The position numbers and the translations under genes are program-made. A stretch of DNA of 64,000 nucleotides, from NCBI GenBank assembly GCA_001001705.1, contig LCOG01000005.1, positions 40,714 through 104,713 of the forward strand. The letters run 5' to 3'. Shown piece after piece: positions 6,467-14,456 of the stretch. Source of the DNA: Parcubacteria group bacterium GW2011_GWA2_47_26 (GTDB lineage: Bacteria > Patescibacteriota > Patescibacteriia > GWA2-47-26). Every line of letters starts with the position of its first letter. The stretch's first letter is position 1. The notes beneath the pieces were generated by a model. It was not told the DNA's origin, did not search any database, and was given only the letters and a program-made list of their open reading frames with translations.

Positions 6467-8140
6467 ATGCGGGTTTATAAGGTAATTTTTGCATTGGCAG
6501 CGCTGGGGGCGTTGGCGACGATATGGCTGCCGCCGGTTTTGGTTTTGGGTTTAGTATTGCTTTTGGGGGCGGTGGTTTTTCTAAGCCGGCGGCTGGATTT
6601 TGGTTTGATAATTTTGGTGTTCTTTTTTCCGTATTTGGGCTTGACTGTAGATTTTGGGGGGATGACGGCTTTGCGCAGTATTCCCTACATTAAAAATGTA
6701 AATGCGCCGTTTGTGGATTTGTATGGGTTGGTTTTGTTTACGGCGTGGCTAGTACATTTGTTATTTCGTCATTCTGAACGCCTGCCTGCGCAGGCAGGCA
6801 GTGAAGAATCTCGCGGTGGTAAGAACGGGATCCTTCAGTCGCTTTACTCCTTCAGGATGACAAGAGGGATTCACCTCAAATCCTACCTTCTTTTCTGGCT
6901 TTCCGGTTTGGTTTCTTTATTTAAGGTTTCGGCTTTGAATTTTGCCACGAGTCTTAAATATTTTGTTCGGCCATTTACATTTTTTTATTTGGTGTTTTTT
7001 GCGGCGCCGGTTTCCATTATGACCTCGTTTCGTCATCCTGAACGCAGTGAAGAGCATGCCCTGAGCCTGCCGAAGGGATCCCGAGCTTTACAGGATGGGA
7101 TTCTTCGTCCCGCTTGCGCGGGACTCAGAATGACAGATTTTCTGGAAAAAGTGTTGTGGGTTTTCTATTGGACGGGGTTGTTATCGGCGGTGAATGGCTT
7201 TTTGGGTTTGGTTTTTGGGGCCTGGACGGAATTTCCCCGCGCTACGCCGTTTGCGTTTTTAGGCGTGAATCCTTTGGGGCCGAATCATAATTTATTGGCC
7301 GAGACTTTGATTGCAACAGCGCCAGCAGGGCTGATATTAATAAACAAAGCTAAGCTTTTAGCTTTGTCGGCACGCTGGATTCAGTACGGCATGGTTTTTC
7401 AGTGGATAATCGCGCTTTTGACTTTTGCCCGCACGGCTTGGATCGCCATATTTGCGCAAGCCGCGGTTTATTTATATTTGGAGCATCGCAGAGACGTGCG
7501 CGCAGTTTTAAAAAGGTTTGCGCCGGTTTTGATTTTAGTGGCAGTGTTGGCGGTGTTTTTGGGGGCTACGGCTTTTACTGAAACTGTGCGGGGCTCAACG
7601 TTATCCCGGCTGGATATGGCGCGCATTGTGGAATTTTATTTTTTGCGCAGTCCGTGGGTTGGACAAGGAGTGGGCACATTTTTGCCTTTGCTTTGGCAGA
7701 CTAAAGTGTTTACTTTAGAATATGGCGAGCCCTTGGAGGCGCATGGAATTTTATTTAAGCTGGCGCTGGAGCAGGGTCTGCTTGGGCTTACGGCGTTTGT
7801 GATATTTACGGGTAGTATTTTAATATCAATCAGGAAATCGTTCAGAAAGATTTGTCATTCTGAACGCAGTGAAGAATCTCGCGCGAATACGCGTAATGCT
7901 TATACGAACGAGATTCTTCGGTCGCCTCGCGGCTCCCTCAGAATAACAGATTGTGATCATACAGCTTTAGTGGCGGCTTTGCTTATTGCAGTGGGGTCGC
8001 TTACGTATCAATTGTTTAATACGACTTATTATACGTCTAAATTATGGATTCCGATGGCCATAGCGGTGGCGATTGCAAAGATATTTGGTAACGCCCCCCG
8101 GCCCCCTCTTACCTTAAGAGGGGGTGAGGGGGAGTTATGA
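6467..8140 (+). CDS. O-antigen ligase/polymerase (Wzy_C-like) family membrane protein
   Basis: 557 aa, polytopic. EAHGILFKLALEQGLLGLTAFVIF region. It carries three in-frame family-A elements, and its last ~14 codons derive from a family-G hairpin. Confidence 0.65.
   Translation: MRVYKVIFALAALGALATIWLPPVLVLGLVLLLGAVVFLSRRLDFGLIILVFFFPYLGLTVDFGGMTALRSIPYIKNVNAPFVDLYGLVLFTAWLVHLLFRHSERLPAQAGSEESRGGKNGILQSLYSFRMTRGIHLKSYLLFWLSGLVSLFKVSALNFATSLKYFVRPFTFFYLVFFAAPVSIMTSFRHPERSEEHALSLPKGSRALQDGILRPACAGLRMTDFLEKVLWVFYWTGLLSAVNGFLGLVFGAWTEFPRATPFAFLGVNPLGPNHNLLAETLIATAPAGLILINKAKLLALSARWIQYGMVFQWIIALLTFARTAWIAIFAQAAVYLYLEHRRDVRAVLKRFAPVLILVAVLAVFLGATAFTETVRGSTLSRLDMARIVEFYFLRSPWVGQGVGTFLPLLWQTKVFTLEYGEPLEAHGILFKLALEQGLLGLTAFVIFTGSILISIRKSFRKICHSERSEESRANTRNAYTNEILRSPRGSLRITDCDHTALVAALLIAVGSLTYQLFNTTYYTSKLWIPMAIAVAIAKIFGNAPRPPLTLRGGEGEL
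6768..6861. repeat. Family-A element, in frame in Wzy-like CDS
   Basis: Encodes RHSERLPAQAGSEESRGGKNGILQSLYSFRMT. Confidence 0.85.
7032..7134. repeat. Family-A element, in frame in Wzy-like CDS
   Basis: Encodes RHPERSEEHALSLPKGSRALQDGILRPACAGLRMT. Confidence 0.85.
7854..7947. repeat. Family-A element, in frame in Wzy-like CDS
   Basis: Encodes CHSERSEESRANTRNAYTNEILRSPRGSLRIT. Confidence 0.85.
8094..8134. repeat. Family-G hairpin forming the C-terminus of the Wzy-like CDS and the SD of the next gene
   Basis: CCCCCTCTTACCTTAAGAGGGGGTGAGGGGGAG, then TTATGA (overlapping stop and start). Same GGGGGAGTTATGAA tail as at 2776-2789. Confidence 0.7.
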
Positions 8141-9447
8141 ATATACTTATTATAAGTCAGCGTTGGTATCCTGATACTTTTGGAGGATCAGAGCATGTAG
8201 CGGCAGAGCAGGCGCGCCGGCTGGCGGTTTTAGGGCATAAAGTTACGATCATTACCGAGCGGGTGCGCGGAGTTTTGCCGGAGATAGATAAGGAGAAGGT
8301 GGAGGGTAAAGAGGGCGGCAGTTTGGTAATTTATCGGTACGGGTCCCCGGCGCAGTTACAACGTTTTGGCGGGGCATCGCGCACGGACTTAAAAGAAGTG
8401 CCAAGGTTGCTAAATGTTATCCTGAAAGAAGTGAAGCGTAGTGAAAGTTCCCGTGCTACTCATGGTGGACGGGATTCTTTTCCGCCAAAGGCGGATCAGA
8501 ATGACAGTACACTCTGGGATGCGGCGATTGTGCACCATCCTTTTCCGGCTTATGGATTTTTTAAGTCTGGTATAGAAATCCCCACGCTTTATTTGTTTCA
8601 TGCCTCCACGGCGGCGGAGGCCGAGGTGGAGGGAATTAGGCGGCGATTGCCCTTTTTCTTAAAGCCGGTGCGGCCGATTTTCAATCGCATTTTTATCGGG
8701 TGGGCAAGAAGGATTGAGGCGGCGGCTTTGCATAAGGCTTCACGCATTGCGGTTTTGTCGGATTTTTCACGCAAGGTGCTTCAAGAGACATATCCCTTTA
8801 TCGGGGACAAGATCATTAGTCTGCCGATTGGGATTGATCTTGAATCTTTTAAGCCGGAGACGGCGCCGGGTCAGGCGCGGGAGAAATTGGGTTTTTCAAG
8901 CGGCAAGCCATTATTGCTTACGGTGCGGCGGTTTACTCCGCGCATGGGACTCACGACTTTAATACGAGCTATGGAAATTGCCTTGAAACAGATTCCGCAG
9001 GCGCAGCTTTTGATTGTGGGCGAGGGGCCCTTGAAAACGGCGTTGCAGGCCGAAATTGAAGCACGACAATTACGAGGAAGAGTGACTTTGGTTGGCGCAG
9101 TGCCAGTTGAGGATTTGCCGTTGTATTATCAAGCCGCGGATTTGTTTGTTTTGCCAACCGAGGCGTTTGAGGGTTTGGGTATGGCGACTTTGGAGGCTTT
9201 GGCTTCGGGTTTGCCGGTAGTGGGTACTCCAGCGGGGGCAACTCCGGAAGTTTTAGGAAAATTGGACACCAAACTTATTACATCGGGCACGGGAGCGGAA
9301 GATATTGCTCGGGGAATTTTGGAGTTTTTCTCGCGATCGGAAGAAGAGCGGATGAGTTTGAAAAAGCGCAGCCGTGAGGTGGCGGAGAAGTATTATAGTT
9401 GGAGTGAAGCAGTAGGAGCACTAGAAATGGTGCTGGTTCGTCTATAA
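8137..9447 (+). CDS. Glycosyltransferase family 4 (GT-B, group 1)
   Basis: EGLGMATLEALASGLPVVGTPAGATPEVL (E-x7-E region). Carries one in-frame family-A element. Confidence 0.85.
   Translation: MNILIISQRWYPDTFGGSEHVAAEQARRLAVLGHKVTIITERVRGVLPEIDKEKVEGKEGGSLVIYRYGSPAQLQRFGGASRTDLKEVPRLLNVILKEVKRSESSRATHGGRDSFPPKADQNDSTLWDAAIVHHPFPAYGFFKSGIEIPTLYLFHASTAAEAEVEGIRRRLPFFLKPVRPIFNRIFIGWARRIEAAALHKASRIAVLSDFSRKVLQETYPFIGDKIISLPIGIDLESFKPETAPGQAREKLGFSSGKPLLLTVRRFTPRMGLTTLIRAMEIALKQIPQAQLLIVGEGPLKTALQAEIEARQLRGRVTLVGAVPVEDLPLYYQAADLFVLPTEAFEGLGMATLEALASGLPVVGTPAGATPEVLGKLDTKLITSGTGAEDIARGILEFFSRSEEERMSLKKRSREVAEKYYSWSEAVGALEMVLVRL
8416..8505. repeat. Family-A element (degenerate left arm), in frame in GT4
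   Basis: Encodes VILKEVKRSESSRATHGGRDSFPPKADQNDS. Confidence 0.7.
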
Positions 9448-9463
9448 CTAAAAAGTATATTTC

Positions 9464-9545
9464 CATACGAAAGTACGAAACCATTACGAAACATACGAAA
9501 ATAGTTTTGTATCTTTCGTAGCGTCAGCTTTCGTAATTTCGTATG
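9464..9545. repeat. Family-D hairpin built from TACGAAA heptamer arrays
   Basis: CATACGAAAGTACGAAACCATTACGAAACATACGAAAATAG...CTTTCGTAGCGTCAGCTTTCGTAATTTCGTATG. It fills the GT4/GT4 junction and ends at the ATG of the next gene. Confidence 0.75.
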
Positions 9546-10934
9546 AGAATTTTGCAGGTAAATAAATATCTTTATCGGCGGGCGGGGGCAGAGGCGTATG
9601 TTTTGGATTGGGCAGAGCTTTTGATAAAGCATGGGCAGGAGACGGGGCTTTGGGGAACAGAGGCTTTTCCTTGTCATTCTGAAGGAGCGCAGCGACTGAA
9701 GAATCCCGTCCATAAAGGTACGGGATCCTTCGCTAGCGCTCAGGATGACGTAGTGATATTTAATGATTTACTTGTAGAGGAACGTCATTTTGACCAGCGC
9801 GAGGGATTTTGGCGAGACATTAAAAAAGTCGGACACATGATTTGGTCGTGGGAGAGCGTGCGGAAATTTGAAGAGGTTTTGCAAAGGTTTAAACCGGACA
9901 TTGTGCACATACATAATATTTACCACCATATTTCTCCTTCAATCTTGCCGATGGCCAAACGGTTCGGGGTGCCGGTGGTCATGACGGTGCATGATTATCA
10001 TCTTATTAACCCGAATTACAATTTGTATGATCATGGGGAAATTTGCGAGCGCAAGGGTATTTACGCGATCGCGCATAAATGCATAAAAGATTCGTACGCC
10101 GCAAGTTTTGCGGATGTTTTGGAATGGGGCATACATAAGATGCTGCGGGTTTATGATAATAATGTGGCGCGGTATGTTGTGCCGACGGAGTTCGTGAAGG
10201 AGAAGTTGGTGGAGCAGGGGATAGGGGGAAGACACATTGAAGTAGTGCCTCTTCCGGTCATTCTGAACGGAGTGCAGTGTAGTGAAGAATTTCGTGCGAA
10301 TGCACGCGATGGTCGCACATACATGCGGGATTCTTTGCTCCCTGCGGTCGCTCAGAATGACAGTAATGGCGGTTACGTTCTCTTTGCCGGACGGATAACG
10401 AGGGAGAAAGGGGTTTATTTGTTGCTGGAGATGGCTAAAAAGTTGCCAGAGATGCAGTTTAAGATTGCGGGGACGGGGCCGGAGCTCACGAATGTAAAAT
10501 TAAAAATTAAAAATGAAAAATTGGAGAATATTGAGTTGTTGGGATTTTTGGAAAAGGCGGAGTTGCGGGAGATTATTGATGGCGCGCGTTTGGTTGCAGT
10601 GCCGTCGCTTTGGCCCGAGCCGTCGCCTTTTGCGGTATTAGAAGCGCAGGCTGCAGGCAAAGTGGTTCTGGCCTCGCGGATTGGCGGAATTCAGAATTTG
10701 ATTGAAGATGGAAAGACGGGATTTTTGGTGACCATACGAAAGTACGAAAATACTACGAAAAGTACGAAATTATTTAAAGATTGGGTAGACAAGGTGCGAG
10801 AAATATATTACGATGAAACGCGGCTTAAACAAATTGGTCAGGCCGCGCGAGAATACATTAAAAAGACGCATGATCCGGAAGAACACTATGCCGCGTTATT
10901 CAAGGTGTATAAGGAAGTAACACGGAATGACTAA
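9543..10934 (+). CDS. Glycosyltransferase family 4
   Basis: PSLWPEPSPFAVLEAQAAGKVVLASRIGGIQNLIEDGKTGFLV. Carries two in-frame family-A elements and one family-D half array. Confidence 0.85.
   Translation: MRILQVNKYLYRRAGAEAYVLDWAELLIKHGQETGLWGTEAFPCHSEGAQRLKNPVHKGTGSFASAQDDVVIFNDLLVEERHFDQREGFWRDIKKVGHMIWSWESVRKFEEVLQRFKPDIVHIHNIYHHISPSILPMAKRFGVPVVMTVHDYHLINPNYNLYDHGEICERKGIYAIAHKCIKDSYAASFADVLEWGIHKMLRVYDNNVARYVVPTEFVKEKLVEQGIGGRHIEVVPLPVILNGVQCSEEFRANARDGRTYMRDSLLPAVAQNDSNGGYVLFAGRITREKGVYLLLEMAKKLPEMQFKIAGTGPELTNVKLKIKNEKLENIELLGFLEKAELREIIDGARLVAVPSLWPEPSPFAVLEAQAAGKVVLASRIGGIQNLIEDGKTGFLVTIRKYENTTKSTKLFKDWVDKVREIYYDETRLKQIGQAAREYIKKTHDPEEHYAALFKVYKEVTRND
9673..9749. repeat. Family-A element, in frame in GT4
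   Basis: Encodes CHSEGAQRLKNPVHKGTGSFASAQDD. Confidence 0.85.
10257..10361. repeat. Family-A element, in frame in GT4 (105 nt = 35 codons)
   Basis: Encodes VILNGVQCSEEFRANARDGRTYMRDSLLPAVAQND. Confidence 0.85.
10733..10770. repeat. Family-D TACGAAA array (one arm only), in frame in GT4
   Basis: CATACGAAAGTACGAAAATACTACGAAAAGTACGAAAT encodes IRKYENTTKSTK. Confidence 0.7.
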
Positions 10935-10959
10935 TTTCTAATAACTAATTGAAATAATG

Positions 10960-11016
10960 GTAGTCGCCGCTCTTTAGGCGGCGTATATCGCGCAGGCTAA
11001 AGACCTGCGGCTACAA
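10960..11016. repeat. Family-H double hairpin
   Basis: GTAGTCGCCGCTCTTTAGGCGGCG ... CGCAGGCTAAAGACCTGCGGCTACAA, intergenic. Confidence 0.6.
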
Positions 11017-11049
11017 TTTGTTGACTATTTTGACAAACATTAGTTATTT

Positions 11050-13095
11050 ATGTCTCGCTTTAGGTTATTCTATGCGCTGGTTTTAGTTTTAATAGGAGTG
11101 ATAGTGCCGCAAGCGAGCTTTGCTTTGCCTGAAGTGAAGACGACTTTTCCGCGTTTGGCCAATTATTTTTTACATTGGACTATTTCCGAGGAAGAGGCGC
11201 GGGAGCTTAAAAAATGGGATTTGCTTATTTTGGACATGGAAGTGCAGGAACGTAGTCGGCGCGAACTCCAGCTTTTACGGGAACTCAATCCAAACATTAT
11301 TCTGCTCGCGTACATAACATCTGTTGAGATTAGGAAAGACGCATTAACGCTTCCGGAGGGCGTTGCGCCTTTGCGCAGGAAGTTAGCAACGTCATATTTA
11401 AAACCAGAATGGTTTATTACCGATGTCGGAGGTTCACGTCGCTCGTTTTGGCCCGGAACTTGGATTGTCAATATTACTGATCGGGCGCCGCTTATAGAGG
11501 GGCGGCGCTGGCAAGATGTTTTACCGCAATTTGTGAGCAATGAAATTCTGGATACGGGTCTTTGGGACGGGATTTTTTATGATAATGGCTGGGAGGATCC
11601 TTCGCATCATACTGGAGCAGGCCTTGATTTAGATCGCGATGGTCAGGCGGAGTCGCGAGAGAGTGTTAATGCAGTTTGGCAAGAAGGGATGCAGAAGCTC
11701 CTTGAAAATACTTCTCGTCTTTTTGGCGATCGCGCGCTTATCATGATGAATGGAAATCTTGCCTATGCGTCGCAAGTGAATGGTCTTATGTTTGAGTATT
11801 TTCCCCGTCAAGGTTGGGCGCAGACCATGGCAAAGTATAAGACGTCAATCTCTCAAAATCATCCTCCAGCGCTGCCGGTGGTAAATACCATAGGCCGCAC
11901 GGGTAAGCCTGATGATTATTCCCAGTTTCGGTATGGACTTACCAGCACGTTTTTGGATGATGGATTTTATAGTTTTGATTCAGGACTGACTGATCACGGT
12001 CAGACTTGGTGGTATGATGAGTATGAGGCATTTTTAGGTGAGCCTCTAGGGGAGGCGAAAAAGAGGGACGTTTCTAATTTTGCGCGGCAAAATTTAGAAA
12101 CGTCTCCTTTTTCGGCCGGACTTTGGCGTCGAGATTTTGAAAAAGGTATTGCTTTTGTCAATTCGAGTACGACTACCCAGACTGTAGAGTTGCCTATAGA
12201 AATAGAGAAATTGCGCGGCAGACAGGATTCGGTGGTAAATGATGGTTTGATTACGCGGCGTTTGCAAATTGAGGCGCAGGACGGCTTGATAGTATTGCGG
12301 CCTTTGCAAACAATTGTGGGCGCGCCGTTTGAGAATGGAGTTTTTGCGCGGGTGTTTAACGCGGCGGGAGAAGTTGCGCGCGCGGGATTTTTTGCGCTGG
12401 ACCGTCGGGAGGAGAGCGGAGTGGTTATGGCGAGTATGGATTTAGATGGAGACGAAAGGGTAGAAAAGGTAAAGAGAGAGGAGGGGGGAATAGTAAAAAT
12501 CATTTTTGGCAGTGGTCAGCAAACTAGTTTTGCGCCATTTGGCGCAGGGGCGCGGAGCGAGGAGATTAGTTTGGCTTTAGGGGATGTTACGGGCGAAGGT
12601 GTAAAAGAGATTGTGGTTTCATATCGCGGGCAAGTCAGGATTTATCGGATTGATGGGACGCTTTTGGTGACGCCATTTTTTCCTTTTGGCTCCCGTTATC
12701 GGGGCGCTGTGAATGTGGCAGTAGGGGATTTGAATAGGGATGGGTTTTCGGAAATTGTGGTTGGCGCTGGTGCGGGCGGCGGGCCATTCGTGCGGATTTT
12801 TTCCGGAGAAGGACGGTTGCTCTCGGGCGGATTTTTTGCGTATGATCCGAGGTTTCGGGGCGGGGTGCGGGTGGCCGTGGGGGATGTTGATGATGACGGG
12901 CAGGCGGAAATTGTAACAGGGCCGGGTATTGGCGGCGGGCCGCAAATTCGGATTTTTAATAATAAGGGGCAGGCGGCTGGGCCGGGTTTTTTTGCCTTTG
13001 ACCAAAGCGCGAGAGGCGGAGTAATACCAATAGTAGCGGATGCAGATGGGGATGGAAGGAATGAAATTTTGGCAGTAACTAGAGAAGCAGAGTAG
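11050..13095 (+). CDS. Secreted protein: N-terminal putative glycoside-hydrolase-like (TIM-barrel, GHL-type) domain plus C-terminal FG-GAP/VCBS repeats
   Basis: Signal peptide MSRFRLFYALVLVLIGVIVPQASFA. LANYFLHWTISEEEARELKKWDLLILDMEV region. C-terminal repeats GDLNRDGFSEIVVGAGAGGGPFVRIF / GDVDDDGQAEIVTGPGIGGGPQIRIF. One in-frame family-B element. Confidence 0.6.
   Translation: MSRFRLFYALVLVLIGVIVPQASFALPEVKTTFPRLANYFLHWTISEEEARELKKWDLLILDMEVQERSRRELQLLRELNPNIILLAYITSVEIRKDALTLPEGVAPLRRKLATSYLKPEWFITDVGGSRRSFWPGTWIVNITDRAPLIEGRRWQDVLPQFVSNEILDTGLWDGIFYDNGWEDPSHHTGAGLDLDRDGQAESRESVNAVWQEGMQKLLENTSRLFGDRALIMMNGNLAYASQVNGLMFEYFPRQGWAQTMAKYKTSISQNHPPALPVVNTIGRTGKPDDYSQFRYGLTSTFLDDGFYSFDSGLTDHGQTWWYDEYEAFLGEPLGEAKKRDVSNFARQNLETSPFSAGLWRRDFEKGIAFVNSSTTTQTVELPIEIEKLRGRQDSVVNDGLITRRLQIEAQDGLIVLRPLQTIVGAPFENGVFARVFNAAGEVARAGFFALDRREESGVVMASMDLDGDERVEKVKREEGGIVKIIFGSGQQTSFAPFGAGARSEEISLALGDVTGEGVKEIVVSYRGQVRIYRIDGTLLVTPFFPFGSRYRGAVNVAVGDLNRDGFSEIVVGAGAGGGPFVRIFSGEGRLLSGGFFAYDPRFRGGVRVAVGDVDDDGQAEIVTGPGIGGGPQIRIFNNKGQAAGPGFFAFDQSARGGVIPIVADADGDGRNEILAVTREAE
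12056..12114. repeat. Family-B palindrome, in frame in CDS
   Basis: CGAAAAAGAGGGACGTTTCTAATTTTGCGCGGCAAAATTTAGAAACGTCTCCTTTTTCG encodes KKRDVSNFARQNLETSPFS. Confidence 0.9.
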
Positions 13096-13124
13096 GCAGA
13101 GTAAGCACTAAGCAGATTAAGCAT
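13086..13124. repeat. Family-C 9-mer array (AGCAGAGTA/AGCAGATTA units), left arm flanking the four-helix-bundle gene
   Basis: AGCAGAGTAGGCAGAGTAAGCACTAAGCAGATTAAGCA. It contains the stop codon of the upstream CDS. Confidence 0.8.
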
Positions 13125-13133
13125 TCTTGATGT

Positions 13134-13508
13134 ATGGCCAATATTAGAACATTCCATGATCTTGACGTGTGGCGGAAAGCACACGAGCTTGTATTATTGG
13201 TATATAAAATTACTAAAACATTTCCCAAAGAGGAGTTATATGTGTTGGTTGCACAAATCCGTCGTGCCGCTATATCCATTACCGCGAATATAGTAGAAGG
13301 ATTCCGAAGAAAAACACTTAAAGATAGCTTAAATTTTTATCGGATGGCAGATGCCTCATTAGAAGAACTTAAATATCATATTTTTCTTTCACATGACCTT
13401 GGGTATATTTCGGATAGTGAATATAATGTTATAGTTTCTCTATGCGAAGAAGTGGGAAAGTTGCTTACGCGATGGATTCAGAGTCAAGAAACGTATCTCA
13501 ATGCTTAA
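13134..13508 (+). CDS. Four-helix-bundle protein (23S rRNA intervening-sequence protein family)
   Basis: 124 aa. FHDLDVWRKAHELVLLVYKITKTFPKEELYVLVAQIRRAAISITANIVEGFRR...ASLEELKYHIFLS is characteristic of this family. Confidence 0.85.
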   Translation: MANIRTFHDLDVWRKAHELVLLVYKITKTFPKEELYVLVAQIRRAAISITANIVEGFRRKTLKDSLNFYRMADASLEELKYHIFLSHDLGYISDSEYNVIVSLCEEVGKLLTRWIQSQETYLNA

Positions 13509-13541
13509 TTTGCTTAATCTGCCTACTCTGCTTAATCTGCC
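13502..13541. repeat. Family-C 9-mer array, right arm (inverted relative to 13086-13124)
   Basis: TGCTTAATTTGCTTAATCTGCCTACTCTGCTTAATCTGCC. It overlaps the stop codon of the four-helix-bundle gene. Confidence 0.8.
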
Positions 13542-13547
13542 AAATTT

Positions 13548-14381
13548 ATGGAATTTATCTGTAAGCACGATCCGTCTGATCCAAACCACTTGATTTGCGA
13601 ATCAAAGCGGTCGCCGGTTTTTGAATGGCTGCGTGGGCGATGGCAACAGTTTTATTGTGCGGGTCCGAGTTGTCCAACGCATAAGGCTTACACGCATTTG
13701 GTTGTGGATATTTTTTTGGTAATTGCGGTTGCGGGATTGGTGGTGGCGAACCTGGTTTTTTTGTCAAGGGGGAGGGGTGGGGATAAAGTCGGCTCAAACA
13801 GTCCTCGCGCACAAACTGCGACTCTGGCCACTATCCGTGGGGGAGAAGAAGAGGTGGAAAAATCCCAGCCGAATCTTTTTAGTGGTGAAGAGAATAAAGA
13901 GGAAAGTCTACAGTATTCTGGACAATCGGAGTTATTTTTAGAAGGAGAGGCGTTGTATTTTTCAATGGAGGGCGAGCAATTGGGACGGGGGCCGTGGCCA
14001 TTGCAAGCGGGGCAGGAAACTAAAATCAAGGTGTTTTTGCGGGCGAATACTGGTAGAGATTTTGAAGGTGTGGTCGTAAGCGGGAAATTGGGGCCAAATG
14101 CGGCCTGGACGGGTTTTGCGCCGCAAGGTCGCGGGCTAGTTTATGAACCGGCAAGCCAGATAGTGCGCTGGCGAATTACTTGGTCAGATAGGCCTGGTTC
14201 TAGCACGAGGGCGGTGTTTGAAGTGGCGATTACCCCGGATTTTAGCCAAATTCAAGAGGGCCAGGTTTTAATTATGGAGGATTTGAAAATACGAGCGAAA
14301 AGTCTGGTTAGTGGCGAGAGTAAGACGGTACTTGCCCCAGATGTGATTTTGGACATGACAACTGGAAGTGTGTTAAAATAA
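13548..14381 (+). CDS. Membrane-anchored hypothetical protein (single TM plus beta-rich ectodomain)
   Basis: 277 aa. TM HLVVDIFLVIAVAGLVVANLVFL. I recognise no diagnostic motif. It lies directly upstream of the giant surface protein gene. Confidence 0.5.
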   Translation: MEFICKHDPSDPNHLICESKRSPVFEWLRGRWQQFYCAGPSCPTHKAYTHLVVDIFLVIAVAGLVVANLVFLSRGRGGDKVGSNSPRAQTATLATIRGGEEEVEKSQPNLFSGEENKEESLQYSGQSELFLEGEALYFSMEGEQLGRGPWPLQAGQETKIKVFLRANTGRDFEGVVVSGKLGPNAAWTGFAPQGRGLVYEPASQIVRWRITWSDRPGSSTRAVFEVAITPDFSQIQEGQVLIMEDLKIRAKSLVSGESKTVLAPDVILDMTTGSVLK

Positions 14382-14404
14382 TAGGAACAATCTCAAGGGA
14401 GGAT

Positions 14405-14413
14405 TGTGGATAA
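14405..14413 (-). promoter_or_regulatory. Perfect DnaA-box 9-mer (TGTGGATAA on + strand)
   Basis: Exact reverse complement of TTATCCACA, 44 nt upstream of the 2186-aa gene. Confidence 0.3.
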
Positions 14414-14456
14414 CTTTTATTTAAATTTAACAACTCTCTAATTTTAAGGTTACAAT

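Noticed and set aside
12000-13184. Antisense ORFs (12000..12503-, 12619..13005-, 12696..13184-) opposite the FG-GAP tail, and similar ones at 29089..29699-.
   Set aside because: The FG-GAP repeat periodicity and Ca-binding DxDxDG motifs are on the + strand. The antisense ORFs are Pro/Arg/Ser-rich artefacts of the Gly-rich (GGN) coding repeats.
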